64,000 nucleotides of DNA from a bacterium (GCA_023267635.1 JAHFMX010000003.1:26139-90138), one strand, 5' to 3'; numbered from the stretch's first letter, positions 46,554 through 57,146 are shown. Numbers and translations are program-made. The notes: generated by a model from the sequence alone, not told the origin.

Positions 46554-46742
46554 ATGAAGGTTCGTAAGATGAAGCATAGGCTTCCCTCGATAACTGATGT
46601 TATCTGCTACCGAGATAGGCACGGCGTAGTGACCAAGACGTGTCATAAAACTCCTCAAGGTCACTACATTACTACAATTGCAGTTGGTCCGCCTTCCATG
46701 TCAACCAAAGAGGCTATACGGTTGGCAAAGTTGCAAACGTGA
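46554..46742 (+). CDS. Small basic hypothetical protein with RBS inside an 18-bp hairpin (copy 1)
   Basis: AGGAG in the 3' arm of the IR at 46514-46553; hairpin + T tract follows the gene. Confidence 0.5.
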   Translation: MKVRKMKHRLPSITDVICYRDRHGVVTKTCHKTPQGHYITTIAVGPPSMSTKEAIRLAKLQT

Positions 46743-46846
46743 GGAGGATAATTGTTTACTTTGCGAGCGCGGACTACGTCCGCGCTTTTCTTTTTATCCC
46801 CACAAAATTATTGTATATAGAACGAATGTTCTAGTATACTTACACC

Positions 46847-47857
46847 ATGAACAAGAACATAAAAATACACACCCAATCCAGTGGCAAAAATGAGAAGCCT
46901 ATTATTTATCAAGCTGCAAATGGTGCTGTTGAGCTGCGTATGGATATGAGTAAAGAGACAGTGTGGGCAAACCTCAATCAAATTGCAGATATTTTCAATG
47001 TTCAGAAAGCAGCAGTTTCAAAACACCTTAAAAATATCTTTGAGTCTGGGGAGTTAGATCAGAGGGGAACTGTTTCCAAAATGGAAACAGTTCAAATTGA
47101 AGGAAAACGTTCAATTATTCGAGAAATTGAGTATTATAATCTTGACGCCCTTATTTCCGTTGGCTACAGAGTAAATTCAAAGCAGGCGACTGAATTCCGT
47201 AAATGGGCAACGAAGACTCTCAAGGAACATATTACAAAAGGGTATACGATTAATAAGAAAATGATAGGTAAAAACTGGGAAGAATTTTCTCATGCAGTAG
47301 AATCTGCTAAGAAATTCCTTCCTAAAGAATATCAGGCGCTCACAGGTGGACAGGCACTTGATTTGGCCGAACTCTTTGCTCGTACATGGCTATCACTTGA
47401 TGCCTATGACAAACAGTCTCTTGTGATTAAGAAACCGACCAAGAAAAATGTAAAGCTCACTGCGAAGGAGTTACTCACCGCGCTTTCTGATCTGAAATCA
47501 AAGCTCATTACAAAAGGTGAGGCAACAGAACTTTTTGCGACAGACAGACACAAGGAGAGTCTAGAAGGAATTGTTGGGAATGTCATGCAGTCACTTGGAG
47601 GAAAGTATGTATATGAGACTGTAGAAGCAAAAGCAGCACATTTGCTGTACTTTGTTGTGAAGAATCATCCATTTGTCGATGGCAATAAACGAAGCGGTGC
47701 GTTTGCCTTTGTGTGGTTTTTGTAAAAAACTAAATGTTTAGATGTCGGACGTATGACACCTGAAGCACTCACCGCACTCACACTTTTGGTTGCGGAAAGT
47801 AATCCTAGAGACAAGGAAAATATTGTAGCCCTTATTATGAAATTAATAGAGAGATAA
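46847..47857 (+). pseudogene. RhuM/Fic-Doc fusion interrupted by in-frame TAA at 47723-47725 (copy 1)
   Basis: YNLDALISVGYRVNS..FRKWAT (RhuM) and HPFVDGNKR (Fic); frame continues 43 aa after the stop. Confidence 0.75.
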
Positions 47858-47952
47858 AACTTCCACTTTTCACGTTAATAGAAAAAGAAATGTTAAAGGC
47901 TACTATAAAGCGGCGCCTGTGCCGGTTTATATTGTTTATATTTATACACAGC

Positions 47953-47996
47953 CTCTACAAGGGTACCCCTTGCTAGCAAGGGGTACCCTTGTAGAG
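47953..47996. repeat. 44-bp perfect palindrome upstream of secD (copy 1)
   Basis: ctctacaagggtaccccttgct|agcaaggggtacccttgtagag. Confidence 0.9.
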
Positions 47997-48021
47997 TGAA
48001 TAGTGATAGAATTGGCGCACT

Positions 48022-49431
48022 ATGAAGCAGAAAATTAAGGCATTGTGGGTACTGGCAGTGGTTGTGGCGCTTGGCGTCTTTTTACTAAAAGGGGATAAAG
48101 ATTTCGTTTTAGGTCTTGATTTAGCAGGTGGATCAGCTCTTACTTACAGAATTGAGACGTCATCTCTCCCAGAAGGCAGCGATGTTTCTGAAAGTGTAAA
48201 CGCACTTCGAGATGTTGTTGAACGTCGAGTAAACCTCTTCGGTGTTACAGAAGCAGGTGTTATGACTTCATACAGTCGTCTTGCTTCTGAATGGAGACTC
48301 GTTGTTGAACTTCCTGGTGTTACTGATGTCAAACAAGCGGCAACACTTATCGGAGAAACTCCTGTCCTTGATTTTCGTACAGCAAAGAAAGACTCTGTAG
48401 TTGGAACTTCTACAGCGGAATTTATTGCAGCGTACGAGCAAACCGCTCTTACTGGTAGATACCTTAAGCGCTCCGCTCTTGTCTTTGACCCAACTACTAA
48501 TCGCCCGATGGTTGAACTTACGTTTGATGATACTGGTGCAAAACTTTTTGCACAGATCACTAAAGCAAATATTGGAAAACAAGTTGCTATCTTCCTAGAC
48601 GGCATGCCTATCTCTGTACCTACTGTTAATGAAGAAATTACAGGCGGGAAAGCCGTAATCTCAGGAACATTCACCATTGAAGAAGCTCGTGTATTAGTTG
48701 GAAGACTAAACGCTGGAGCACTTCCACTCCCAATCACACTCGCTGGAACATCAGTTGTTGGACCATCTCTCGGAGCTGTGTCTGTAGAGAAGGGTATCAA
48801 TGCTGCTATTATCGGCTTCCTCCTCGTTTCAGCTTTCATGCTTCTTTGGTACCGTTTACCTGGACTTGTAGCGGTTGTAGCGCTCGTTTGTTACACCATT
48901 ATCAACCTTGTTGTGTTTAAGGTTGGAATTTCTCCTGCAATGATTATTATCACAGCTACATGTGTTGGATTAGCAATTGCTGTTCACAGATCAATACTAT
49001 TCGGTATTCCTGTTGCGTACGTTATTCTTGCCCTCATTCCAGGTGGACTTGTTCCAGTAACACTTACTGCAGCTGGAATTGCAGGGTTCATCATTTCAGT
49101 TGGTCTTGCAGTGGACGCAAACGTTCTCACATTTGAACGTATGAAAGAAGAGCTTCGAAACGGAAGAAGTCTTAAGGACGCAATCGATATTGGATTCACG
49201 CGTGCGTGGACCTCAATCCGTGATTCGCATACAGCGGCTGTTATTGTGGCAGTTGTTCTCTACATGTTCGGAACATCAATCGTGAAAGGATTTGCGATTA
49301 CATTCTTCCTAGGAGCAATTCTTTCTCTTGTGTCTGCGCAAATGATTACTCGTGTATTCCTCGCGTCACTTGTTCCAGCAAAGTTGGGAAGATTTATGAG
49401 GTTCTTGTTTGGTAGCGGCTTTAGCAAATAA
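48022..49431 (+). CDS. secD: Protein translocase subunit SecD (copy 1)
   Basis: LGLDLAGG, RVNLFGVTE, AGALP, VGPSLG and AVDANVLTFER motifs. Confidence 0.97.
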   Translation: MKQKIKALWVLAVVVALGVFLLKGDKDFVLGLDLAGGSALTYRIETSSLPEGSDVSESVNALRDVVERRVNLFGVTEAGVMTSYSRLASEWRLVVELPGVTDVKQAATLIGETPVLDFRTAKKDSVVGTSTAEFIAAYEQTALTGRYLKRSALVFDPTTNRPMVELTFDDTGAKLFAQITKANIGKQVAIFLDGMPISVPTVNEEITGGKAVISGTFTIEEARVLVGRLNAGALPLPITLAGTSVVGPSLGAVSVEKGINAAIIGFLLVSAFMLLWYRLPGLVAVVALVCYTIINLVVFKVGISPAMIIITATCVGLAIAVHRSILFGIPVAYVILALIPGGLVPVTLTAAGIAGFIISVGLAVDANVLTFERMKEELRNGRSLKDAIDIGFTRAWTSIRDSHTAAVIVAVVLYMFGTSIVKGFAITFFLGAILSLVSAQMITRVFLASLVPAKLGRFMRFLFGSGFSK

Positions 49432-49441
49432 TTAAATACGT

Positions 49442-50311
49442 ATGTTTATCGTCAAATACAAATCAATCTTTATCGGTCTCGCAGTTGTTCTTGTGCTTAC
49501 ATCGTTTGCTCTTATGGCAAAGTTCGGCATTCGACAGGGAGTTGATTTCACAGGTGGAACAGTTATCGAAACAAGATACGTTGCTGATATGCCAGAGACT
49601 ATCGATGTCGCAGGATTGCAGGCACAGGACATTAGAAGTTTCAAAACAGGGACATCAACGTATAAGTTTATTTCTACAAAGTCATATGACGAACTTCGAC
49701 CTGTCCTTATCGAAGCTGTAGCGCAGGGAAAGTATATATATGAGGAGACACAGGTAAACACAGTTGGTCCAACCCTTGGTCTTGAGCTTAAAAGAAAAGC
49801 AGGTATCGCGATTGCGGTTGTGGTACTTGCTATTCTAGCCTTTATTGCTTTCTCATTCCGTGAAGTATCACGCCCAGTGTCATCATGGAAGTATGGAGTT
49901 ATCGCGATGGTAACGCTCCTTCATGACATTATCGTGCCAACAGGAGTGTACGTCCTCCTCTCGTACTACTTTGGAGCAGAAATCGACACGCTCTTTGTAA
50001 TCGCTCTCCTTACAATATTGGGTATTTCTATCTCTGACAAGATTGTGGTGTTCGACAGAATTCGTGAAAACCTTAAGAGTGGGAATATCAAAAACTTTGA
50101 TGACGTTGTAGGGGTTAGTCTCAAGCAGACGTTTACTCGTTCAATCAATACATCAGTTACAGTGATCCTAGCTCTCGTAGCGTTATTCTACTTCGGCCCA
50201 GAGGCAACAAAGTTCTTCGCACTCACTCTTACCATTGGTATGATTGTGGGAACATATTCTTCAATCTTCGTAGCATCTCCTTTGCTTACGGTGTGGAATA
50301 AGGGTAAGTAA
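49442..50311 (+). CDS. secF: Protein translocase subunit SecF (copy 1)
   Basis: GVDFTGGT, VGPTLG, HD, VVFDRIREN, RSINTS and GTYSSIFVA motifs. Confidence 0.97.
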   Translation: MFIVKYKSIFIGLAVVLVLTSFALMAKFGIRQGVDFTGGTVIETRYVADMPETIDVAGLQAQDIRSFKTGTSTYKFISTKSYDELRPVLIEAVAQGKYIYEETQVNTVGPTLGLELKRKAGIAIAVVVLAILAFIAFSFREVSRPVSSWKYGVIAMVTLLHDIIVPTGVYVLLSYYFGAEIDTLFVIALLTILGISISDKIVVFDRIRENLKSGNIKNFDDVVGVSLKQTFTRSINTSVTVILALVALFYFGPEATKFFALTLTIGMIVGTYSSIFVASPLLTVWNKGK

Positions 50312-50347
50312 ATAGCTAATAGCACACAGGAAATAGTGAATACAGTA

Positions 50348-50371
50348 AGCCGCCCCGTAGGGGCGGCTTTT
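50348..50371 (+). terminator. Intrinsic terminator (also at 61350-61373)
   Basis: aagccgcccc-gta-ggggcggcttt. Confidence 0.8.
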
Positions 50372-50524
50372 GGTTTCTGTCAGGGCGCTAAGGCGAACTA
50401 CGGGGTTGGACCTTATAGTTCAATATCTCCGCATTGCGGTACGGTAACGATTTTGTCTATTCGGTGTTTGTTGTATATGCCATACTTTTAGTGTATATGG
50501 AGCAGGTGGTTAATTTATAAAAAT

Positions 50525-51724
50525 ATGGAACCAATAAAAACAACAAGTAGTTCTTCTTATAAAAGAATAGGCACCATTGCCTTAAGTGTAATTGTTGTAT
50601 TTTCTCTTTTATATATTTATATATATAATGCATCAAAAAATAAAACCCCTAAAAATGGAACTTCAAATGAAGAGCGTGTTAATGCTTATCGAATGAGTCT
50701 GCTTAGCAATGAGCCAGCCGCTCTTCAGGAAAATTTTGTAAAGGATGTTAAATTAGGGGTTAACGATATGTACACAAAATCAGATGTGTATTTTATCACA
50801 CATAGATTTTTTGATAATAATGGAAATATATATGAGATATATGATTTTATAGAACTTCACCCAGAACTTGCTTTCTTAAAAGAAGCCGAGACTATTTATC
50901 CAGGAGTCTTTGAAAAAATAAAAAACAGAACCCTCTCTTCTATTGCTACAGATTCTGGTTACTATGCTTATCTTGCATATGTAGAAATCTTAATGAAATA
51001 TGGCTATACAGATATTGCAGCAGTCGGAACTGCTGCTGGTCAGTATGCTAAACTTGCTTATGTTACAACAGAAATAGCAAAAGAAATGCCTAAAAATGAA
51101 GGGGTTGAACGTTCAAAATACGCAAAAAGAAATATTAAAAAATCTGCAGATTTTTTAGTGTTTGCTACAAAAGATGTTGAAAGAATACTCAACGGAGAAT
51201 TAACTTCAAAGGATATCATCCCTCAAGATATTCTCGTGGGACTTAATCAATATGCTGCCGCGCTACGATATCGTGAAGCGCTCGGGTTTAAACATTTTTC
51301 ACCTAAAATGGTAGAGTCACTTAACAAAATTGGAGTTAAGGCATCTTCAATAAAAACACCAGAACAGATCTTTGCTTTCACAACAGAGTACTCTCATCGC
51401 TTTGTGCCTGAATTAAATCTATTTACGTCTCTCTTAAATGCTTCGACACTGGCCATTTTAGCATCAAGCACTCCTCAGGATATAAAAGTTGCCCTGTATC
51501 CTCTTCTTGATTTTGATACAAAGAATACTAGAAATGCTAATTTTTTAAAGATAGGAATTATTCCTAAAATATTAGACTCAAGATTTGAGAAAAAGCCTGA
51601 TAACATAGGGGAAACCGCAATGGATATTTATAGCAAAAGAAATACCTTAAGACTTGCAAACAAAGTCCCAGAATTCAAAGCCTGGCTCATGTTAAATGGG
51701 TGGGTTGAAGCTGATTTTAAGTAA
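50525..51724 (+). CDS. Membrane-anchored hypothetical protein, paralog A (copy 2)
   Basis: Identical translation to 39523-40722. Confidence 0.8.
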   Translation: MEPIKTTSSSSYKRIGTIALSVIVVFSLLYIYIYNASKNKTPKNGTSNEERVNAYRMSLLSNEPAALQENFVKDVKLGVNDMYTKSDVYFITHRFFDNNGNIYEIYDFIELHPELAFLKEAETIYPGVFEKIKNRTLSSIATDSGYYAYLAYVEILMKYGYTDIAAVGTAAGQYAKLAYVTTEIAKEMPKNEGVERSKYAKRNIKKSADFLVFATKDVERILNGELTSKDIIPQDILVGLNQYAAALRYREALGFKHFSPKMVESLNKIGVKASSIKTPEQIFAFTTEYSHRFVPELNLFTSLLNASTLAILASSTPQDIKVALYPLLDFDTKNTRNANFLKIGIIPKILDSRFEKKPDNIGETAMDIYSKRNTLRLANKVPEFKAWLMLNGWVEADFK

Positions 51725-52856
51725 TTTCTTGAAAGCTAAACTACTAAAAAGTCTAAAAAAGAGGAAAAATGTAGCCCTCCTATGTCTAGCGGTATTGTTT
51801 CTTACGTCAGGGGTGCTTTTCTATGAGAAAGTTATTTTGTCACAAATTAGAGCAACAGAGTATCAAAACGCCATTCAGGAAAATCTTTTCCAAAATAACC
51901 CACAATCACTTCAAGCTTTTTTTGTAAGAGACATTGCAAATGGTGTGAATGATATGTATACAAAATCAGTTGCGCATTTTCTTGTCCGTAGATATTTTAA
52001 TAACGGTGGAAATATTTACGAGGTATTTAATTATGTGGATAGCCACAAAGAATTAGCTTTCTTAAAAGAAGCCGAGACTATTTATCCTGAAATGTTTGAA
52101 TTTGTGAAAAATAAACGATTACCTTTTACATATTCTGATCAAGGTATGTACGCTTCTCTTGCTTATTTTGAAATCTTAGAAAGAAATAATTATGCAGATA
52201 TTTCAACACTCGGGACAGTTGCAAATCAGTATGCAAAAATGGCCTATTACAAAGAGCTTATTCTAGACAATCAGTCTAAAGGTAAAGATCTAGATTACCC
52301 AAAATATAGTAAAAGCCAAGTTCAAAACGACACCAATAAAGCTATTCTTTTTATAAAAAAATCTCAAGGAACCATCACAAAAATTGTTGAAGAAAAATTA
52401 ACCGCAAAAGACATTCCTAGTTTTAATATCTTGATTGGTGCCGTGGAGTATGCTTCTGCTTTAAGATATTTTCAAGCCCTAAATGTTGATTTCTCTTCAG
52501 TAATTTCATCAGAAAAAGTTTTCGTCTTCGCAGTATCGTATTCGTATCACTTTCTCCCAGAGGCTTATTTATCTACGTCTCTTACAAATGCTGCGACTCT
52601 CCTTTTGATTGAATCAACTAACAGCAATCAGCTACGATCTGCAATCTACCCCTTTCTTGACCTTAGTTCAAAGGTAAATAAAAAAACAGGAAGTATTTTA
52701 GATAAGGTTTTGAAAGCAAAATTTAAAGAATCTGTATCAAGATTTGAAGATTTGAATATATATAGCACTATTAATATAGTAAAAATTGCAAACATAGTCC
52801 CAGAATTCAAAGCCTGGCTTATGTTAAATGGATGGGTTGAAGCTGATTTTAAGTAA
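51696..52856 (+). CDS. Membrane-anchored hypothetical protein, paralog B (copy 2)
   Basis: Identical translation to 40694-41854. Confidence 0.8.
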   Translation: MGGLKLILSNFLKAKLLKSLKKRKNVALLCLAVLFLTSGVLFYEKVILSQIRATEYQNAIQENLFQNNPQSLQAFFVRDIANGVNDMYTKSVAHFLVRRYFNNGGNIYEVFNYVDSHKELAFLKEAETIYPEMFEFVKNKRLPFTYSDQGMYASLAYFEILERNNYADISTLGTVANQYAKMAYYKELILDNQSKGKDLDYPKYSKSQVQNDTNKAILFIKKSQGTITKIVEEKLTAKDIPSFNILIGAVEYASALRYFQALNVDFSSVISSEKVFVFAVSYSYHFLPEAYLSTSLTNAATLLLIESTNSNQLRSAIYPFLDLSSKVNKKTGSILDKVLKAKFKESVSRFEDLNIYSTINIVKIANIVPEFKAWLMLNGWVEADFK

Positions 52857-52871
52857 TTTCTTGAAAGCTAA

Positions 52872-53549
52872 CTAACTATTTTTAATAGTTATTCTTGGAA
52901 TTGTTATACCATTTGAGAGTGAAAGTATGAGCTCTATTGTGTCAACAGTTCTTTCAACGTACATAATCTCAAGAGCTTCCTTTCTTAGGGTATCTTTTGT
53001 ATATAATTTTCTATTTACCTTCTCGTAAAGTATTTCAGTTACTGGTATTGAGTCCTTTTTTAGATTTTTTGTTAAAAATCTACTAAACGAAGTTACTGTA
53101 CCATTGCTTAAACTATTTATTAGTCCTGTATTTTTTGAACGAAAATCACTATACAAATTCATGTTAATAATTAATCCACCTGCCTGCTTTTTCATTAAAG
53201 GTATCACAGCTTTAGAAACAAGTATTGGCCCTAAAAGATTCATCTCTAGAAGTTTTTTTATTTCTTTTTCATTGCTATTTTCTAGTTTAGTATCAGCAAC
53301 TAAATAACTACCGTTAATCAAACAATCAATTGATCCGTAGGTTTCCATGATTTTTTGCAGGACACTTTCTATGTTTAAGAGACTTGTTGTATCCATTGCA
53401 ATACCCTCACACTTTACTCCTTGAGTAGTTTTTACACCCTGTTCCACAGGGTGAGGTGTACATATTATTACTCTATACTTAGAAGTAAGTCTTTTTGCTA
53501 AAGCTTTTGCAAGATCGTCTATGCCATTGATAATAAGTATAACCTTCAT
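52872..53549 (-). CDS. Degenerate SDR-family oxidoreductase (copy 2)
   Basis: Identical to copy 1. Confidence 0.75.
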   Translation of the reverse strand: MKVILIINGIDDLAKALAKRLTSKYRVIICTPHPVEQGVKTTQGVKCEGIAMDTTSLLNIESVLQKIMETYGSIDCLINGSYLVADTKLENSNEKEIKKLLEMNLLGPILVSKAVIPLMKKQAGGLIINMNLYSDFRSKNTGLINSLSNGTVTSFSRFLTKNLKKDSIPVTEILYEKVNRKLYTKDTLRKEALEIMYVERTVDTIELILSLSNGITIPRITIKNS

Positions 53550-53854
53550 ATTCAATAGTTTACCATATTGAGATGGCAATAAATAAAATCTTCACAGCAA
53601 GCTGACGAGATGTCATGTGTCGTTGGCAGGGGATCAATATCCAAATCCCCGATCTGTTTATGGTCGACAGACATCCGGGGGGGGGTATTTGTTACACAGT
53701 GAGTTGTATTGGAGTTAGACTATAAAAAAATGGATTAAAAATCAAATAAACCTTGTAAGGCTTTGATTAAAGTAGTGTACTTTGAATACTGTTATTTTAT
53801 GTTGATTAGTGTGTGGTATGTTAGTATGTAGAAGTAAGTTCTTTTAAATAGGAG

Positions 53855-55285
53855 ATGAAAATGCAAATGTTTACGCAAACTCAAGGCCTTGTCATATTAG
53901 CTGTATACGCTCTTATGCTTTACGCTGTCATCTGGTCTTTCTCAAGAGGATTCCGTTTCAGTAAGCTAAACTTTTTAGTAGCTGGGAGGGAAATAGGTAA
54001 AATCCCAGCTGCTTTTTCAATCGCCGCCACATGGATTTGGGCACCCTCCCTTTTTGTGTCTTCGGAAAAAGCCTACACCCAAGGTTGGGTTGGTTTGTTT
54101 TGGTTCCTTGTGCCAAACATAAGTTGTTTGATCTTGTTTTCCTTTTTCGCTAAGAAAATCCGATCGTTGTTTCCAGATGGTTTTACGCTGTCTGGTTATA
54201 TGAAAGAACGTTATTCCAAGCGAGTTCACTTTGTTTATTTGTTTGCTTTAACAGGTTTGGCTACTTGTTCTTTTGCTGTTCAACTGCTTGCTGGAGGACA
54301 AATAATCTCAACAATAAGTGGTTTGCCTTATGTAACGGTAACAATCATCCTGGCCTTAATACCCGTTGGCTATTCGTTATATTCTGGACTTAGGGCTTCA
54401 ATCATTAGTGATTTTGTTCAAATGGTTGTGATTTTGCTTGTTGGACTAGGAGTGGTTTTGGGGGCTGTTTATGCAAGCGGTGGTATCGAAACGGTCTGGA
54501 AAGGCTTAAATGGAAAAACTGGCACGTATACAGATTTGTTTTCTGGCGATGGTTTGAATGTTTTTTACACGTTTGGCATACCAGTTACTATCGGTTTGTT
54601 GTCTGGGCCATTTGGAGATCAGAGCTTTTGGCAAAGAGCCTTTTCGATAAAAAGAAAAGTTGTACAACCTGCTTTTGTGATTGCCGCCTTTGTGTTTGGG
54701 GTTGTGCCGCTGACTCTTTCGGTGCTTGGTTTTATCGCTGCAGGGACAGGGATAAACATAAAAAATACATCCCAAGTGAATATGGAAGTGGTGGCAAATT
54801 TCCTCCCGGGATGGGTGATTGTTCCTTTTGTTTATTTGTTGCTTTCTGGTTTAGTGTCGACTCTTGACTCTAACCTGTCGGCAATATCAAGTCTTGCCGG
54901 ACATGATATCCTTGAACGGAAGAAAGGGGACAGTGCCAACAGGAGAGACGTCCTAAGGTATTCAAAAGGCTCGATGTTGATTTTGGTCGTTGGTGGCATT
55001 GCCATTGCCAATATTCCAGGACTGACCATTCTCTACTTGTTTCTGTTTTATGGAACACTTAGGTCGTCGACATTGCTCCCGACAATTATTACCCTCCTGA
55101 AGAAAGATGTGAGTGAAGTTGGAATGTTCTGGGGCATAATCACATCTCTTTCCGTTGGACTTCCGATTTTTGCTTATGGGAATCTACATAAAGTTGTTCC
55201 AATGGTTATCGGGGGTTCCTTGTTTACTGTTCTGGCCTCTGGGGTAATAGTTCTTGTGGTTAGTTTTGCTGTAAGAAAAAAATAG
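53855..55285 (+). CDS. Sodium:solute symporter family protein (copy 2)
   Basis: Identical to copy 1. Confidence 0.88.
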   Translation: MKMQMFTQTQGLVILAVYALMLYAVIWSFSRGFRFSKLNFLVAGREIGKIPAAFSIAATWIWAPSLFVSSEKAYTQGWVGLFWFLVPNISCLILFSFFAKKIRSLFPDGFTLSGYMKERYSKRVHFVYLFALTGLATCSFAVQLLAGGQIISTISGLPYVTVTIILALIPVGYSLYSGLRASIISDFVQMVVILLVGLGVVLGAVYASGGIETVWKGLNGKTGTYTDLFSGDGLNVFYTFGIPVTIGLLSGPFGDQSFWQRAFSIKRKVVQPAFVIAAFVFGVVPLTLSVLGFIAAGTGINIKNTSQVNMEVVANFLPGWVIVPFVYLLLSGLVSTLDSNLSAISSLAGHDILERKKGDSANRRDVLRYSKGSMLILVVGGIAIANIPGLTILYLFLFYGTLRSSTLLPTIITLLKKDVSEVGMFWGIITSLSVGLPIFAYGNLHKVVPMVIGGSLFTVLASGVIVLVVSFAVRKK

Positions 55286-55362
55286 TAGGAGGTGTTTCCT
55301 TTAGTAAGGGGCGATATTTAATTTATATCGCCCTTTTTATTTTTTTAAGTTATAATTAAAAA

Positions 55363-56055
55363 ATGAACATCCTAAAATTTTTTAGTAAAAGAAAAAAAGA
55401 AAAAGACTTCACCTACAAGTATTATTGTTTATTAGACATCAATACTAGCGGTTTATTAGTTATAAGAAAAAATTTTCAGTGCATGAATTTTCTTAAAGAA
55501 TATACACTAGACACCACTTTGGTTGGGCTTTTTTCCTCAAATTTTTTTGAGGAAAAGTTTTTCTCTAGGTTAGAAACTTCATCTGACTGTTACCGTTTTC
55601 GTTGGGATTCTAGTAAAAATCTATTTGTGAAAAATAAAAATATTACTAATTTATTACAGGAAAAATCTTTTCTTGCTAGTACGAAATATGATCTGTTGGA
55701 GGATATTTCTTCACGGATAATCTCTTTTAGAGGTCGTGTAAAAAAAACTTTACCTTATCAAGAAACAATATATTTAACAAAAAAACATCAAGCAGAGAGA
55801 TTTAAGGACAGAGGATATCCTGAGAGTGAATTGCTAGAATACCCCTATGTTTTACAATATGCTGATTTGAAAAAAATATCACTCAAACAAGCAGCAGATA
55901 CGATATTACTCAAATCAAGTATTGATGATGGAATGTTAGCAAAAACAGAGCTTTTACGACTCAAGTATTTTAATAAAGTAAGAGAATCCTCTTCTAAGGA
56001 AGAATTAGAAAATACGCACAAAGAATTTTTGTTAGATTTTAATATTAAAATATGA
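55363..56055 (+). CDS. Hypothetical protein (copy 2)
   Basis: Identical to copy 1. Confidence 0.7.
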   Translation: MNILKFFSKRKKEKDFTYKYYCLLDINTSGLLVIRKNFQCMNFLKEYTLDTTLVGLFSSNFFEEKFFSRLETSSDCYRFRWDSSKNLFVKNKNITNLLQEKSFLASTKYDLLEDISSRIISFRGRVKKTLPYQETIYLTKKHQAERFKDRGYPESELLEYPYVLQYADLKKISLKQAADTILLKSSIDDGMLAKTELLRLKYFNKVRESSSKEELENTHKEFLLDFNIKI

Positions 56056-57146
56056 ATAAATTGTTGTATTATAAACCGCGGATAGTTAATGATGTCGAAA
56101 ATTATGATCTCCCAGGAATTAAAAAATTCTCTCATTTTTTCAAGATTTTCGCACATGACGTTGTTATTGTAGACAGAACAAAAACAATAAAAGTACCAGT
56201 TCATACCAAAATTTTATTTCCAATACCAAAATTTAGGTTAATGTCTAAGACATACGAAGAAATTTGTAACGAAAGAGCGATAGAGTTGTTAAATAAAGCA
56301 GACACAATGAAAGTAAGTCTATGTGTTTTCTACTCGGGAGGCATTGATTCTACACTGGTTATGGTTTCCTTGCTTAAAAATGCTACGGAAGAGCAAAAGA
56401 AAAATATAGTAGTATTACTCTCCGAGGAGTCAATTTCAGAAAATCCTAATTTTTACAAAGAGTACATACAAGGAAAACTTAAAGTGGAGTCGTCTGCAAA
56501 TTTCCCGTATATAGTCGGGACAAATGCTCTACTTGTAACAGGGGAGCACAATGATCAATTATTTGGCTCTGATGCTGTTGGTAATCTTATGAGAATTTTT
56601 GGAGAAGAGATTATAAATAAACCCTATGATAGAAATTTATTTATAAAATTTTTCAATACTATTGAGAATGATATTGAAATGAATACTTTCTATGTAGATT
56701 TGTTTGAAAAATTGTGTGCTAATGCTCCAGTTCAAATAAAAACAAATTTTCAGTTTCTTTGGTGGATTAATTTTTCTTTGAAATGGCAAACTGTTTTTAT
56801 GAGAGTTCTTGTGTTCACCGCTAATCGTAATGTATCAAAAATTACACCAGAATATATAAGTACAAATTATTTTACTTTTTACAATACTGAGGATTTTCAA
56901 TTATGGAGCATGAATAATTTAGATAAAAGAATAAAAAACACTTGGAGCAGTTATAAATGGGTATGTAAAGATATTATTTACGAATACACAAAGGATGCAG
57001 ATTATCGAGATAACAAAACAAAGGTTGGGTCATTAGCTAAAATAATGATTGGTAGCGGCTCTTACAATTTTATAGATGATGCTTATCATTTCTATAAAGA
57101 ATTACCTGTAGAAGAATATTATAACGAGGATAATGATTTTGTATAA
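56052..57146 (+). CDS. PP-loop adenine nucleotide alpha hydrolase (copy 2)
   Basis: Identical to copy 1. Confidence 0.8.
   Translation: MNKLLYYKPRIVNDVENYDLPGIKKFSHFFKIFAHDVVIVDRTKTIKVPVHTKILFPIPKFRLMSKTYEEICNERAIELLNKADTMKVSLCVFYSGGIDSTLVMVSLLKNATEEQKKNIVVLLSEESISENPNFYKEYIQGKLKVESSANFPYIVGTNALLVTGEHNDQLFGSDAVGNLMRIFGEEIINKPYDRNLFIKFFNTIENDIEMNTFYVDLFEKLCANAPVQIKTNFQFLWWINFSLKWQTVFMRVLVFTANRNVSKITPEYISTNYFTFYNTEDFQLWSMNNLDKRIKNTWSSYKWVCKDIIYEYTKDADYRDNKTKVGSLAKIMIGSGSYNFIDDAYHFYKELPVEEYYNEDNDFV

Noticed and set aside
47723..47725. Alternative genetic code or stop recoding
   Set aside because: TAA, TAG and TGA all end conserved genes normally (e.g. tmk and ftsH end in TGA); this is an isolated nonsense change.
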